DNA of 64,000 nucleotides from Nageia nagi (taxonomy: Eukaryota; Plantae; Pinophyta). The stretch is taken from assembly GCA_050084985.1 (NCBI GenBank), contig JBITNC010000001.1, positions 199,144,001 to 199,208,000 of the forward strand, given 5' to 3'. The notes beneath the pieces are model-generated. The model made no database searches and was not told where the DNA came from. It saw only the letters and a program-made list of their open reading frames with translations. This document shows positions 46,994-60,380 of the stretch, in pieces (position 1 is the stretch's first letter; the number at the start of each line of letters is the position of its first letter). The translations under genes were made by a program, and so were the position numbers.

Positions 46994-49228
46994 TGTCATG
47001 TGCCTTTTTTGCACCTATGCCTTTTTTGTACTTAATAAGACCCATGGGGTCCACTTGGGGATTGACGTCCAATTGTCAGCCCCAAAGTGGGACATCCCCC
47101 TCCTTGGATAGATAAATCCATTTAGTGTCATGTTTATGGTCCAACAACTTGATTGTACACATCTTGAGGTGAATTCCTAGTGCAAGGCTTTGGATGACCC
47201 TTAGATGCCAGTTTATCTGATCCCAAGACCCCCATGCATGGATCCTTGTGGTGCTCCACTGATATGTATTGTTCCCATTTTTAAGGTGTTTTCCCCATTT
47301 TACCTTTGATAAATAGTAACATTAGCTTAGGTGTATTTTTGTCTATTTTTGTAGGTTTTGGCCAAATAATGTAAGTTCCACTTAAAAACTTAGTTAAAAG
47401 CTCTAATTATGGAACAAATGGCCCTTTTTATTTATTTATTGCATTTAATTAACTACTTAAAATGCCAATAATGATGTATATATGATACCAAGGCAATTAT
47501 ATTTGTAAATGCAATATTAGTCTCCCTAAAAAAGGCATTGCATATTTTTAGTCTTGACAGTTGTAATATTGACATTTGATGTATCTCTAGTCATTAGTGC
47601 TCCCCTCTTCGAGGTAGAGCATCCCCCTAGGTGATTGCATCAACTACGAGGCATCTAAAGAGCACCCAAGCTTGGATGTGGCATTACAAGGAGTTATTTG
47701 GCATCTAGAGGCATTGGAAGATTTCCACACTTGGACATTGGGGCATTTAGGGCCTAATTCACCCCCACATTGGAGTTCTGGGCATCCCAAGGCCCCACGT
47801 CGTCTCTCTTGGGTGTTGGACACTTGTCACATCTACATCACCACTTGAACATTGTACTCCTGGACTGTTGGATATGATCTCACCTATCCTGAGGCACCTC
47901 ATCTTGGACAATGATAACATGAGCACACGGATCACATCTCCTTACTGTTGGATCATCTCAATGCAAGATTAGAAGAGAGATTACATTGCCTATAAAAGGA
48001 GGACTCCTAGACATTCCAAAGTATGTGATTATTGATTATAAACCCCTTTTTTATTGAACTGAGTGTGAGAACTCTATCTTTGCCACTTTTAGGGAGGCCT
48101 GCATTTGAGGTCATGGGAGGTTAGCCTCAAGCTTACTCTAGCCATGTTGAGAGGAACACTGTCAGTTCCGTCATGGAAACTATGGGAAAGTCTTGGACTT
48201 TGCCTTGTTGTTGATGCAATTGGTGAGGCCCTGAAGCCATCCAACATAACCCTATTGGAGGAAGTCTCAGTACAAGCTCCTTAGGTGAAAAATATTGTAA
48301 TTGTGTTTCGCATTTCATATCATAATTCAATTACTTTATTTCGCCAACATTTCATACTTAAATCTCTTGTGCTTTGACATTGGATTTGGAGTATCATTTG
48401 CATTATTAAATTCTTGTTAATTCTTTATTATTGCAATGTTGGATTATTGGAGGTATTTTGTATATTCGACGTTGTTTTGTGCCCTAATTAGCTAGACGTC
48501 GAGTGCTTGTGAGAATTTTTAGTTTATTTATGCAATTTCGCCATTCTTGGCTTGACGTTGGGTTTCATGTGCAATTTTGAGCTTGTTTGAGGAGATTCGA
48601 AGCTTTGAGGCAAGCATCCCTCTCCTAGGGCACGTTTGAGCAAGATCCGCCGATTTGGAATCATCACATGGTATGGATTCCTAGGTGAGATCTAGGCCAC
48701 CCAGTGAGATGTCTAGCTACTTAGGGGCTTGGCGCATTGTTTTGGGAAGGTAGCTTTTGATCATTTTGTCATCTTCATTTGGAGTGTGGCGTGGAGTCAT
48801 CTCTTGGGCCTTCTGTTGACGAAAACTTTTAGGAGAAGGGTTTAGTGGGACGTAGCCCTCACTAGATCAGATTAAGGACGAAAACCGTTAGTCATTATTT
48901 CAGTCATTCAGTTCCAGATCCGGATGAGAGACCTCATTTTCAAACATCATCCTTCCAGGACCATATTTGTCATTGTTGAGTGCTACATCTGGTCCATAGA
49001 GCCAGATGTCAAGCCTATTTGGCTTCTTCCATTGTATTTGCTCTATTTTGATGATATATTAAGGCATTGCCCTTGGATCCCATATTTTGTGTCTTAATTG
49101 AGCATCCTTGTGTGACGTTGGCATTTTTGAGGTAATTTGTGTGAATTGACATCATTTCTTGTCTGGGTGTAAGACGTTGAGTTTTCTAGCATAATAGTTT
49201 GACATAGCAATAATTAAGGCACATCACA
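46994..49228 (+). mobile_element. Solo LTR (2235 bp), TSD AACTC/AAATC
   Basis: TGTCATGTGCC...GGCACATCACA inverted termini, CCTATAAAAG at ~47989, interrupts gag. Orientation inferred. Confidence 0.75.
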
Positions 49229-50134
49229 AAATCTTCGCTAAGCTTAGACCTCCTTTTTGCAATGGCCCCAACGTGCTAGATTTGGATCTTGGTAGGAATG
49301 AAGTCCTTCCAATAGATGGTTCCAAGTTTAATGCCCTTTTTATGTCATCCTGAAGGGATGTGGGACCAAATGCTTTCACCATCCCCTTCAATGGCTCCTC
49401 TAGCCCTTCCATGAACATGAACATCACCCTTTTGTCAGAGATGCTAGGTACCATGTCTGCTTTTCGTTGGAACTCAACAATATATGACTCTACCATCCCC
49501 TTTTGCTTCAATATGGCTAGATCTTGAAAGTACTCATCTTCATTCTTTTGATCAAATCAGCTTATAAGCCTCTTATTAAATTCATTGAAAGATTGGATGG
49601 AGCCATGGCTTTGTGTGATCAAGCCATGATGCCACCAATTGTATGCTACTCCCTCCAAGTGCAGCATAGCAAATTGAATTGCATCTTCTTTGATCATTGG
49701 GCTAAGGGTGAATTATGTTTGCAATTTTTGGAACCATGCCTTAGCTATCTTCTCTCCTCTGTCATACATGGGAACTTGCATCCTACTCATCCTCTATTGT
49801 AGATCTCTTTTCTCCGTCCCATAGCTTCCACCTTATGGACGTCCATCATCCATATTCCCAAAGATCCTCAGGTAGCTTTCAAAACTCACTACTACCTTTA
49901 ATTCTAGATCTGTACCTTAATATTGGCGGAAGAGTGAATTCAACTCCACGTAATCTACATAATTCGTATCTACCCCACACTTTTCTTGTCGTTGAATGAA
50001 CATGGTCTTGGATGGCCTAGGTATGGGTGGCGAATCCTCCTCCAGTGGAATGTTCATGAACTTGGACAATGCATGTGGAGTTTGGGCTTGCACATGCAAT
50101 GAGGGACTCCTTTCTCCCCATGGATTTTGTTGAA

Positions 50135-53100
50135 CCCTAAAGCTCTTGATGAGACGACACCTCAAGAAGCATGGATAGGAGAAAAATGATCTATCTCACA
50201 TCTTCGAGTATTTGATTGCATTGCCTTTATGCGTATTTCCAAAGAGAAAAGAAAGAAATTGGATGACAAGTCTGTTGTGCCTGCACAACACACCCCAATA
50301 TGCAGCTTTTTGAGGACTTGATTTTTTCAGACGGTAATGAGCAACATTGCCTAGGCATGATCAACTTACGATCGATATGGATACCTAGAACGACGAATTG
50401 ATAATGCACGAGCATGCCTTGGAATCATGGAAACAGTTCAGCTCAGCCAGTGGCCAAGTTAGGGCTCGGTCTCGAGCAGTGTCTCAAAGGATGGAGTTTT
50501 GGATTGCGAAAGCAACCAGACAATGGAGTTTTGAGCGAATGGCCATCAAGGCAGAAAAGAAGTCGTTTTGGCAAAGTTGAGCATCAAAGGCGCTAAGACG
50601 ACAAAAGTTGCGTTTTTCGTCGAGTTTGAGTCCAGGAGCAGTGGATACAGTTAAGATGATGAAAATGCGCGTTTTTGCACAAATTGAGCTTGGGAAGGGC
50701 ATATACAACCAAAAAGTGCATTTTTGTCAATTTTGAGCCTAGAAGTGGTCACTATGCTGAAAATGTGCATTTTTGCACGATTTGAACCCGGAAAGCTCAA
50801 AAATGACCAAAAATGCAAGTTTGAGCTCAAAGCGCTCGGAAATGCCTGGAAAGGCCAGAAATGAGCATTTTTGCATATCTTGAGTCCAGAAAGGCCGGAA
50901 ATATAGACTTTGAGCTCGATATACTGGAAATGCCAAAAATGGTTGTTTTTTCACCGTTTGAGCTTGGAATGTCCGGAAAAGGTCAAAATTTATACTTAGA
51001 GCTCGAAAATCCCGGAAATGGATGGAAATGCACCGTTTGGGCCCGTAAAAGATGGAGAAGGTCGGGAATGTACAGTATAGCCCAGGATGAACGAGGAAAA
51101 CAAGTTTGAGCACCCTTGTGGGCTAGGATAAAGAAATGAGCGTTTTGGCCTCCGAAAAGCTTCAGTTTGAGCTTGAAAATTGAGTTTTTTCCAAAGTGGT
51201 TGGAATGAAAATCTGAAAGAGTGGTGTGGTGCCAAATGACAAATTAAGGCCACTTTACTCTTGAAGATTTTGAAAAAACTTGATTTTTGACCCCCGAAAA
51301 GTTAGGGGGGAGTTTTGCAAGTTTTCCCTCAGTAAATTTTGAAAAATGGCCTATTCTCTTCAAAACCTGCACCTACCTTTTGGAAGGCCTAGATTGATCC
51401 GAAATGGCAATTTTTGAGCTCAGGAGCGTGGGCATCACAATTATACACCAAATTGGTCTTTCAAGTTCGCGATTTCGACGAGTTTTGCTCCATCGAAAGT
51501 GAGAAAAACAGGAAAATGAGCAAAAGGGCAGCCAAAGAGAATGCTCCAAGATTTCCAAAATTCCCAAAAGTTTCAAAATGAAAATTTGAGAGTGAGGTAG
51601 GGTGGCAAACCAAAAATTAAGCACCTTTCCTCTTGGAATTTTTGAAATTGGGCAAATTTTGACCCTTCGAGAGCTAGGTGCTGGTTTTGCCTTGTTTCTC
51701 TCAAATTCAAAAATTTGGAAAATGGCCTAAATGCCTCAAAACCTATGCCTACCCTTCTTTAGCCCCAAATTTGAAAAAAATTGGAAATTTCGACCTTCAA
51801 GGGGTGTAAGATGGGATTCGACACAAGTTTGATTATTTGGCTTTTCTAAAAAATTGAAATCTACCTCCTCAAATCATCAAATTTCGATTGAACAATGAGA
51901 GGGCTCCAAATTTTCTCAAAATTTTCCAAAATTGGTCAAATCAAAAAAGGAAAGTGAGGTAGGGTGTAAAATTCGAAGGAGATCAACATTGCCTCTTGCA
52001 ACGTTGCAAACAAATAATCTAGGCGGCAGTTTTGGCTGGTTTCCCCCATTTTCTAAATTTCCAAAAAACATGCCAAAGCCCCTAAAACCTGCGCCTAGCT
52101 TGCAAGCCCACATTTTTGCTCAAAAATCAAAATTTTTGATCCTAGGAGTATGGGAAATCCAATTTTGCATCTCTTTCATGTTTTAAGGTTTTGGAAAAAA
52201 GTTGATCTACTCCCTCAAAATCTCAAAATTTGGATCAGCCAATGGGAGAGCTACAAAATTTTCCAAGAAATTCCAAAAATCCCAAAAACAAAATTGGAAA
52301 GAAAGGTAGGGTTCAGAATCCAATTGCAAGCATCTTTTCCTCTTGCAAATTTGCTCAAAAACTAATTTTTGCCCCATTAAAAGGTAGGCCCTGGTTTTGC
52401 AAGTTATCCCCCATTTTTTCATTTTTCAAAACTTGCTTAAACATCCTAAAACCTGCGCCTAGCCTCCTTGGTCCCTACAAGTGCCCAAAATTGCAATTTT
52501 TCACTTCTATGAGGTAGGTGGTGTGATTCTACACCATTTTGATCTATCATTTGTGCAATTTGGTTCACACAAACTCCTAAAAGCCACCTTTTTGCATCCA
52601 AAAAGGATTAAGGGCCGAGAAAACTCAAAAAATTTGGATTTTCCTTCAAAAATCTCAAAATTCAAAATCCAAATCTGAAGCATGGAGATTGTAGAGCATT
52701 CCAAGGTCATCGTCTTTGCTTCCAAGACCTCCCCCATTGCACCAAATCTACTCCTTCCCCATCTAGGCATAGGTTTTGATTTTTTTCCAAGTTCTCTCAT
52801 GATTTCCAACGTTGGGTTTGAGGGAGAATAGTCCAAAGTGCAAGTGTTGAGCTCTAGGGTTGATGTGGAAGTGACATGTGGCACTTTTAACACCCCTAGG
52901 CCTATAAATATGACCATACCCCCTCCATTTTGCTTACCTCTCATTTTGCACCTTTATGTTGCCCAAATTTTTGAGAATTTGAGAGCCAAGTGAGGAAAGA
53001 AGCCCTTTTCCCAGCCTTGGAGGATTTTTCAAACACTTAGCATCTTGGCCATCTACCCAAACTCCATTAAAATTCGAAATCCAAAGCATCCTCCATCCAC

Positions 53101-56100
53101 ATGAACTCCATTTTTTCCAAGTTTTGAGGATTTTTTCACAAAAAACCTTGTTTTTCAAACCCTCAAACACTTGAAAATTTATTTTTTCAGATTTCAAATT
53201 TGATCACTTTTTTGGATACTCTTTATCCATGTGATCAACTTTTATTTTCAACTAAAAAGCACAAAAAATTCATAAGATCCAAAATCTGAGTGCTCAAAAT
53301 CCTCATTTCTTGAAAAAAATTCAAAAAAATCCATTTTTTTTAAAAAAAAACTCGAAAAATTGTTTCTGAAGTCTATTTTGCCCGTTTCAAAGTCTGAAAC
53401 ACCTTCCCCATTCATTCCCCATCCATCTAAGATGTTAGAACTTGATTCCTGCACCATTTGCCAATTTTGCCAAATTTCACCACTTTTTCTTGTTGAAAAA
53501 GTCAACTTTTTTTTAGCAAAAAATTGAAAATTCTCCAAAAGTTCCAATTTTTTGCCAAGGCATTTTTCTTTGAGTCAGCTACACTTGTGTTACCTCAAAC
53601 TCACTCAAAAGGCCTTAAACCTTGCAAATTTTGGCATTTTCGATGATGGCACACTCAAAGTAAAATTCAAAAATCCAATTTTCTAAAATCCCTCTTTGTT
53701 TGCCCAGAAAGTGCCATTAGCTTGCCAGGACTCTTCTAATTCTATATTGTCCACCTAAACCGGGACAAGTTGGTGTTAGTTGCACAGAACATCAAAGATA
53801 GGGAAACAAATGAAAGGAGTCGTCAAATTTGCCACCTGGTGCAAGGAAATGGTCAAAACCAATAAGGCCATCTTGGAGCATCTGCTACCAAATGAAGGAA
53901 TCCTCCAGGCAACCCACCGAGCCATCAGAAACGCTTAGAGAAGATTACTTTGAAGCCAAAATTGCAGCAAATGTACAAGCCATCTTTTCACCATCGCCAT
54001 AATAGAAAGGGGTCTATTTTGGCAAGTTTTTGATATGTAAGCCAAATATTTGGCCAACTTAGTGGATTTCTACTAAGTCCAATTGTAATCTCTATTTAAC
54101 ATTTTTAATTAGCTTTTAATTTTGCAATTATGGTTAAGGTTTCAAAAGTCACTTCTAGGGTTTCCAAACTCTATAAGAGACCAAGGGTCTCATTTTTGTA
54201 AGGACTTCATTCTGAAGCAAAACACTTCAAGCTTGAAGAGAGAAATTTTGTAAGAGAGTAGCAAATTGATGTATCCTTGCACAACTCTTTTTCAAATTAA
54301 TACAAAGTGGTTAAAGCAAAGACTTGAGTTTGAAACTTTTCACATTGGTGTTATTGATTGATTCTTTGAGGGCACTCATAGTGGGTTTATGTACTTTAGT
54401 TTTATTCCTTTGAAAGCTCACGAGCTTTAGGGAAGTTATCTCTGAAAAACTTTAAAAGTGCTTGAAGCCTACGTATGCTTGTTGCTCGATCCTTAACATG
54501 CAAGTTGATTGGGTATTCTATGTCAAATTTCTACTTCTATAACATCTTTTTAAGTCTTTCATCCAAAACCGTGATCCACCCATGTTGAAACTTTTCATTT
54601 CCACCCATTTGATGTTCCTTCCGCTCCTCTTTGAAGCAATTCGAATGTTAAGTTGTTTGTTTGCAAGGTTGGATGAATTGGATGAATATTCTTTAACTAT
54701 TTTGGAAGATATCAACTCTTAGACACTTTTCCGTCAATGATCCTCAACCTCATACCTGACCAAGTATCCCTTCTTCCTCCAAGGTTTCATTCTTCACCTT
54801 TTACAGTATTGCCTTTATGCTTTCTTTATGCTTTCATACCAAATATGATCGTTAAATCCAACACAAAAGTTTTGAACAAACTCTATACACCAAAGAATAA
54901 AACATCGTTGGTTAACAGACTACATACCTCTCATTCCATTCCATTGAGGCTGATTCCAAAGAGGGATACCGCACCTTTTTGATTTATCTATCCCTATCTA
55001 GAAAACACACTAGGCGAACAAACCTTACAACGTCATAATGTTGGGGTCGTTGGGTAGGGTTTTTCGACAAGAGCCTTGGAGGTACACAATCCTTTTCAAC
55101 TGGGGGAATTGGTAACACATTCCCAACTATGTTGCTCGGGATCTCCTATGTTCCACCTATGATATTCATAGTGTCCTGTGTAGAAAAGAAAAGCATCCCA
55201 ACAAAGTCCTTGAGGTGCATTCTTCTTGGGTATAGTAGTGAATCCAAAGGATACAAACTCATGGATCCTACTACTCAAAAAATCTATATTAGCAGAGATG
55301 TCATTTTTGATGAGATTGGTGAATCTTAAACTAGTCCAATTGCAGTGGTACCTAAACCTGATTATGGGCCCATTATCAATCATGATGATGAAGATGATGA
55401 GAGAGAAGCTCCAGTTGTGAATTTTCCACCTAATAATGTCGAAGACCAAAATAGTACCAAAAGACTCTGCAAGATTCAAACTTGAGTGCTCCACCAAACA
55501 CTTCTACTTCCAAACCAAGGACATGAAGCATGGCTCGTGAGAAAGTGAACTTGGCATTGATGAGCACAGTGCTGAATACACTCAAACCTGAAATGGTTCA
55601 TGAAGCCATCAAGCTACCACATTGGAAGTCAGCCATGAAAGCTAAATATGATGCTTTGATGAAAAATTACACATAGAAGTTGGTAGATCTTCCACCAGTG
55701 AAGAAGGCCATTAGATGCAAATGGGTGTTCAAAACAAAGTACAAAGATGATAAGCACAAGGCTCGACTTGTTGCCAAAGGATATGCTCAAGAGGAAGGTA
55801 TCGACTACGAGGAGACTTTCGCTCCCACAACCAAGATGAAGACCATCAGAATTGCTTTTGCAATGGCAGCACAATTTGGCTGGAAAGTTCATTAGATGGA
55901 TGTTAAGAGTGCCTTTCTAAACGAAGACGTAGAGGAAGAAGTCTACATGCAATAACCTAAAGGGTTTGTGATTGATCCAAGAAAAAGAAAAGTGTGTAGA
56001 TTGATCAAGTCTCTATATGGCTAGAAAGAGGCTTCAAGATCCTGGTATACAAAAATTGATGAACACCTACTACAACATAGCTTCAATAGGAGTTCGTATG

Positions 56101-57085
56101 ATCCTAACCTCTACCTTCAACAACATGGGGGGAAGATAGTCATTGTTGTAGTATGATCTAGTTATCACATGAAGCATTGGAAAATTGATCACATCTTGTA
56201 AATATGACTTTAAAATATCATTCGACATGACTGACGTTGGTTTACTTCACTATTGCCTTGGATTGGAGGTTTGGCAGATGTAGGATTGGATATTTGTTTC
56301 TAGATAAAGTAGACCAAAAGTTTGTTGGAAAAATTCAAGATGACATATTACCAACTGATGTTCATGCCAATTGAACCTGGTTTACATTTTCACGCCATGA
56401 TTGTTCTCCACCATAAATGCAACTCTCTACCATTAGCTGATTGGAGGGTTAATTTACCTAGCATACACCAAATCGGATATTTGCTATGCCATTATCTATC
56501 TTTCATGATTCATGCATGAACCAAGGTCCACACTGGATCGTGGTGAATTATGTTTTGAGGTACATATGTGGCACTGATAGTTATGGCCTAGAGTACAAGA
56601 AGAAATAAGTTCGTCTTGTTTGGATATAGGGATGCAGATTATGGAGGATCTTTGGATGATAGGAGATTGACGACAAGATGTGTTCTTCCCAATTTCATGG
56701 GGTAGTAAAAGCAAAGCATCACATCCAAGTCTACCACAAAGTTGGAATACCGTGCTGCTACTAATGCAATTTGTGAAGCAGTATGGTTACATTGCATTTT
56801 GATAGACATTGGAATTCCATAGAAACATCCTACAGTTCTACATTGTGACAATCAAAGTGTATTAAAGATGGTTCGCAATCTTGTTTTCCATGAGCGCACC
56901 AAACAAATTGAGATAGGAATGCATTTCATTCGCGTCCATGTTTCATTGCATAACATTTAGCTCCATTACATTTCCAAGAAGAAGCAAATTGCAAATGTCT
57001 TCACCAAGTCTCTAGACAGTGGAAAGTTTAAATACTTTCAAAGCTTCCTCTCATGTTCTCTGAAGACCTAATGTATTATGGGGGG
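50135..57085 (+). pseudogene. pol: Decayed Ty1/copia pol (integrase tail, RT, RNase H) split by giant LTR D
   Basis: TPQEAW...SHLRVF...KRKKLDDKS|LRCILLGYSSESKGYKL, CKWVFKTK...KARLVAKGYAQEEGIDYEETFAP, MDVKSAFLN, LHCDNQS...VFHERTKQIEI. G-run PPT at 57080-57085. Confidence 0.92.
50273..55203 (+). mobile_element. Giant-LTR family copy D (4931 bp), both ends intact, internal gene deleted
   Basis: TGTTGTGCCTGCACAACA...AAGCATCCCAACA with perfect TSD AAGTC (50268-50272, 55204-55208). TATA boxes at 52903 and 54172. Last 45 codons of the ORF at 53801-53938. Confidence 0.93.
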
Positions 57086-57294
57086 TGTTAAAAAATAATA
57101 CCTTAGTAAGATAAATACATTAGGTATCTATTATCAAATACTAATAATAAATACATTAGTCGTGTTACTAATGTATAATAATAAATAATTAGGGTTTTAT
57201 AGTTGGTTAATCCCTTATTCTACGGGAATCCACTCTCGAGGTGTATTTAACCTTATTTCTCATTAATGCAAATCATTATGACTATTCTCCAATA
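57086..57294 (+). mobile_element. Short copia 3' LTR (right end uncertain)
   Basis: TGTTAAA directly after the PPT. End at CTCCAATA (57294) or TCAACA (57439). Confidence 0.55.
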
Positions 57295-58303
57295 AAAAAA
57301 GAGGGTGATTTCTAGAGAGTATATGAGAGAGGCCTTTATAGATGCTTACTTAGCATGAGAATGAGAAGCTTTGTTTTCCAACTGCTACACTACAATTCAT
57401 GAGACTATAATGCAAGAGTTAAAAAATATGTTGTCAACAAATTCATTGATTTCTTTTTTAGCTGGTTCATAAACTTTGTAACTACCAGTGATGATCAATT
57501 TGTTAGGATACACACGACAATGACAACAATGCTGGAACCTTTTTTCTTCACGTGTCATCATGATATTTGCTGTTATGAAAGTAACTTTTCATTTTTCCAT
57601 ACCAAATTTTGCATATCTGTTTGAGTCCATGTAAAGTGTTCACCAATTAACAATTTTCATGCTTTTAACTTTCTTTTCAATACCCTTTGGCTGAAGTGTA
57701 TAACTTGTTTGCACAAGTTACCATTTGAAAAGAAGCTTCTCCAATCCATATGATCTAGCTTGTAGAAATTTTGTGCTGCAGTGCCATGACTATTGTAATG
57801 GTATTCCATTTGATTGTTGGAACAAATTATTTCTTCATAAAACATACATTCCAGCAAAGAACAACCTTTGCAAAGTGCCTACTGTTATCCTTTTCTCCTG
57901 ATCTATTTGACTTCTACTTTACATTTAAAATTGTTTCTATCTGTTAGGCTTAGCACTTAAATAGACGATCATCTAGCTCCAATGTACAATATTTTAACAA
58001 TGTTATATGCTCTACAAACATTGCATCGTGAAAAGCCTTCTGATTGGTTACTTTCTTCAAAGTTTAAGGCTCTGAGGGGTTATTACATTATTTGACAAAT
58101 CAAAAGTTACCTGGTCAGTTCTTAGAGATGTTTCATTCATTCACTTTGGTGATATTGATTAGTTTTGCTCCATTATGCAAACTCTTTGATATCTCTTTAC
58201 ATTTGAAAGGTTATAGAGGAAGAGATTATTTGTTACTTTGAGATTCCTCTTGCATCTACAATTCCTTTTCAGCACTAATTAAATATCCACAAATTTTTCA
58301 CAG

Positions 58304-58393
58304 ATAAGATTTCTTATGCCATTGGATGTATTCGACGGTGAGAATCATGGTGGAATTTACGAGACATATCATGGCTCAAATATCAGTATTCAG
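58304..58393 (+). CDS. VPS26C: VPS26C/DSCR3 internal exon
   Basis: ttttcacAG|...|GTgaag, 90 nt, IRFLMPLDVFDGENHGGIYETYHGSNISIQ. Matches the YETFHGxNIxIQ motif I recall from plant VPS26C. Confidence 0.9.
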
Positions 58394-58610
58394 GTGAAGT
58401 ATTTTTATTAAGAGCAGGAGTCATTTTTAATATTATGTTGGTGTTAGGTCCTCATTAATCTTATTTAATGAATGAAAAGTGCTTTGCAGTACTGTCCTCG
58501 ATTAGCCAATCTGTCACCTCTCTGAAATTGTAAAGAAAAGTACAGACACTATTTTTTCCAGCCATCCTTTATCAGGCAATGCTGAATACTTTTCTGTTGA
58601 TTTGGTGCAG

Positions 58611-58695
58611 TATTTAATAACTGCCGATGCTGTGAGGGGATATTTACATAAAACTTTATCCACAACATTGGAGTTCATTGTTGAAAGCGGGAAAG
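58611..58695 (+). CDS. VPS26C: VPS26C/DSCR3 internal exon
   Basis: gtgcAG|...|GTagt, YLITADAVRGYLHKTLSTTLEFIVESGK. Phase consistent with both neighbours. Confidence 0.93.
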
Positions 58696-58800
58696 GTAGT
58701 ATTGTTGCTAATTGATCATTTGCTGCTACTTTAAGTCGTGATAAAACCTGTTGCCATTTTTCACACATCTTATAACATTCTCTTTACGAAAACATCTCAG

Positions 58801-58896
58801 GGAATCTTTTCAAAGCACCTGTGAGCCCTGAATCAGTAAACTTTTTCATCACACAAGATACACAAAAACATCAGTTGTTGCCTGCATTATGGTCAG
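58801..58896 (+). CDS. VPS26C: VPS26C/DSCR3 internal exon
   Basis: tctcAG|...|GTttg, GNLFKAPVSPESVNFFITQDTQKHQLLPALWS, containing the FxITQDTQxHxLLP motif. Confidence 0.93.
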
Positions 58897-59543
58897 GTTT
58901 GCTTTCCTGACTTTCTGTTTTAGATTTTAAAAAGGCTTAATGTCTTACATTTTAAAAAGGCTTAATGTGTTACATGTGTAATTCTTTTCTGAAATGTTTT
59001 CCAGCAGCAGTTCAAAAATTTCCAGTGCATTGAAGGTTTACTGAGTGGAGACAATAGGGCATAATGGCATTTGAAAATGGTTGAAGCTTATAACAGAAAT
59101 CAGTGAAAACTTCATCTTAAGTTTTTTGGTTTTGCTGGAGGCTATGCTTATTTACTAAATGCTAAGTTACATTATGGGTACTAAATGTTGTGGACATTGC
59201 AGCTTTTTGTACCTTGATGGGATTCTGTATTCTTTGACAAAACCTTTATACTGCAATTTAGTTTCTTTTCTGAAACTGATGAATGATAAGCAAGTTAAAG
59301 ATGAAATTGGAGCTGTGACCTGAAGGAACCAGCCATAAGAATTTCATGTGACCAAAAAAGGAAAATGCTTGAATGAGAAGATTGTTATGCACTTGAATAT
59401 GTTTTTTTATTAATAAATAAAGATACTGGGTTTTGAAAGGATCTCCTAAACCTTTATACAAAAGTTGGTGACAGCAGCTTTATTCTGCAAACGGACAACC
59501 CTGATAGAACCAAAAAGGATACAGCCTTAGCTAAACCATCAAA

Positions 59544-59608
59544 CAGCATACTAAGTACAAAACGACTGCAGCGTACTAAGTACAAAAAGGGTGCAACATA
59601 CTAAGTAC
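59544..59608. repeat. 25-bp tandem repeat, ~2.6 copies
   Basis: CAGCATACTAAGTACAAAACGACTG-like units. Confidence 0.8.
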
Positions 59609-59624
59609 CTATCATAGGAGATTG

Positions 59625-60380
59625 TGTTGTGCCCACACAACATGCCCCAAAATTTGGAAAATTTTGGAGGACCCTACTTAAGCAAAAAGGAGAATGGCTT
59701 GGCCTAAAAATTGGGGTTACATTCTATGTTACTAGACTCTTAAGATTAAAATCCCAAAAATGCAAAAGAGAATTGGTTTAAGAAGAGCAAAAATGATGTT
59801 TCAGACACAAAAAGCTGTCAAAAGTCGTTGGTCGCATGTCAAGAGACTTTAAAACCCTTAAAAGTTTAGTGATGGACCTCAAATTGGTAAAATCCTTTAG
59901 TTGTATGACAAAAAGACTTAACAATCCCAAAAACTTGAGTAATGTGACCCACAATTGTACAAAAGTCAAAGTTGCAAGTAGCAAAGGTTTTAAATTTTTA
60001 AAGTCTAGGAAAGTGCGACCCAAAGAAAACCTCCAAGTCCTTGGTCGCAATCCCCCAAGCATTAAGGATCTCAAAAGAGTCTAATATGCGACCAAAGGAA
60101 TGAAAAAACCAATGTCGCACTTTTGAAGAAATTAAAATTTTAAATGAGGTAGGAGGTGCGGCCCAAAGATATGCGCCTTGTTTAGAAGATTGGAAGGACG
60201 ACCGACTAACTAGGAGGGGACATGTATCTATTCTGTCCATTTGAGTCTATATAAACCCCCTTTCTTCCTTTACTTTCACAAATCGACATTTCAAAGAAGC
60301 TCTAGTTGCATGCCTCCAAGGATTAAGATTTTTGCAAACCCTTAAGTGGAAGGTTTTTGCAAGCCAGGCAATATCTAACT
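59625..60380 (+). mobile_element. 5' fragment of a related giant-LTR unit
   Basis: Starts TGTTGTGCCCACACAACATGCCCCAAAA. Repeated GGTCGCA/TGCGACC motifs. CTATATAAA at ~60247. Interrupted at 60381. Confidence 0.7.

Larger units (their letters stand above)
45204..50130 (-). pseudogene. gag: Decayed gag-protease split by two solo LTRs
   Basis: FMFMEGLEEPLKGMVKAF (49224 ORF), LRRKNLCSNCK...HHC (46795 ORF), and LTLKVHGKAVG|EDVLVLIDGGVTHN joined across the insertion. Confidence 0.85.

Noticed and set aside
50273-55203. DNA transposon (Ginger, Polinton, Mutator, hAT)
   Set aside because: Only a 5-bp terminal inverted match and no transposase or polymerase motif. TG...CA with a 5-bp TSD fits LTR integrase products better.
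58514-58768. 84-aa minus-strand ORF
   Set aside because: Antisense to a VPS26C exon and runs across intron sequence.
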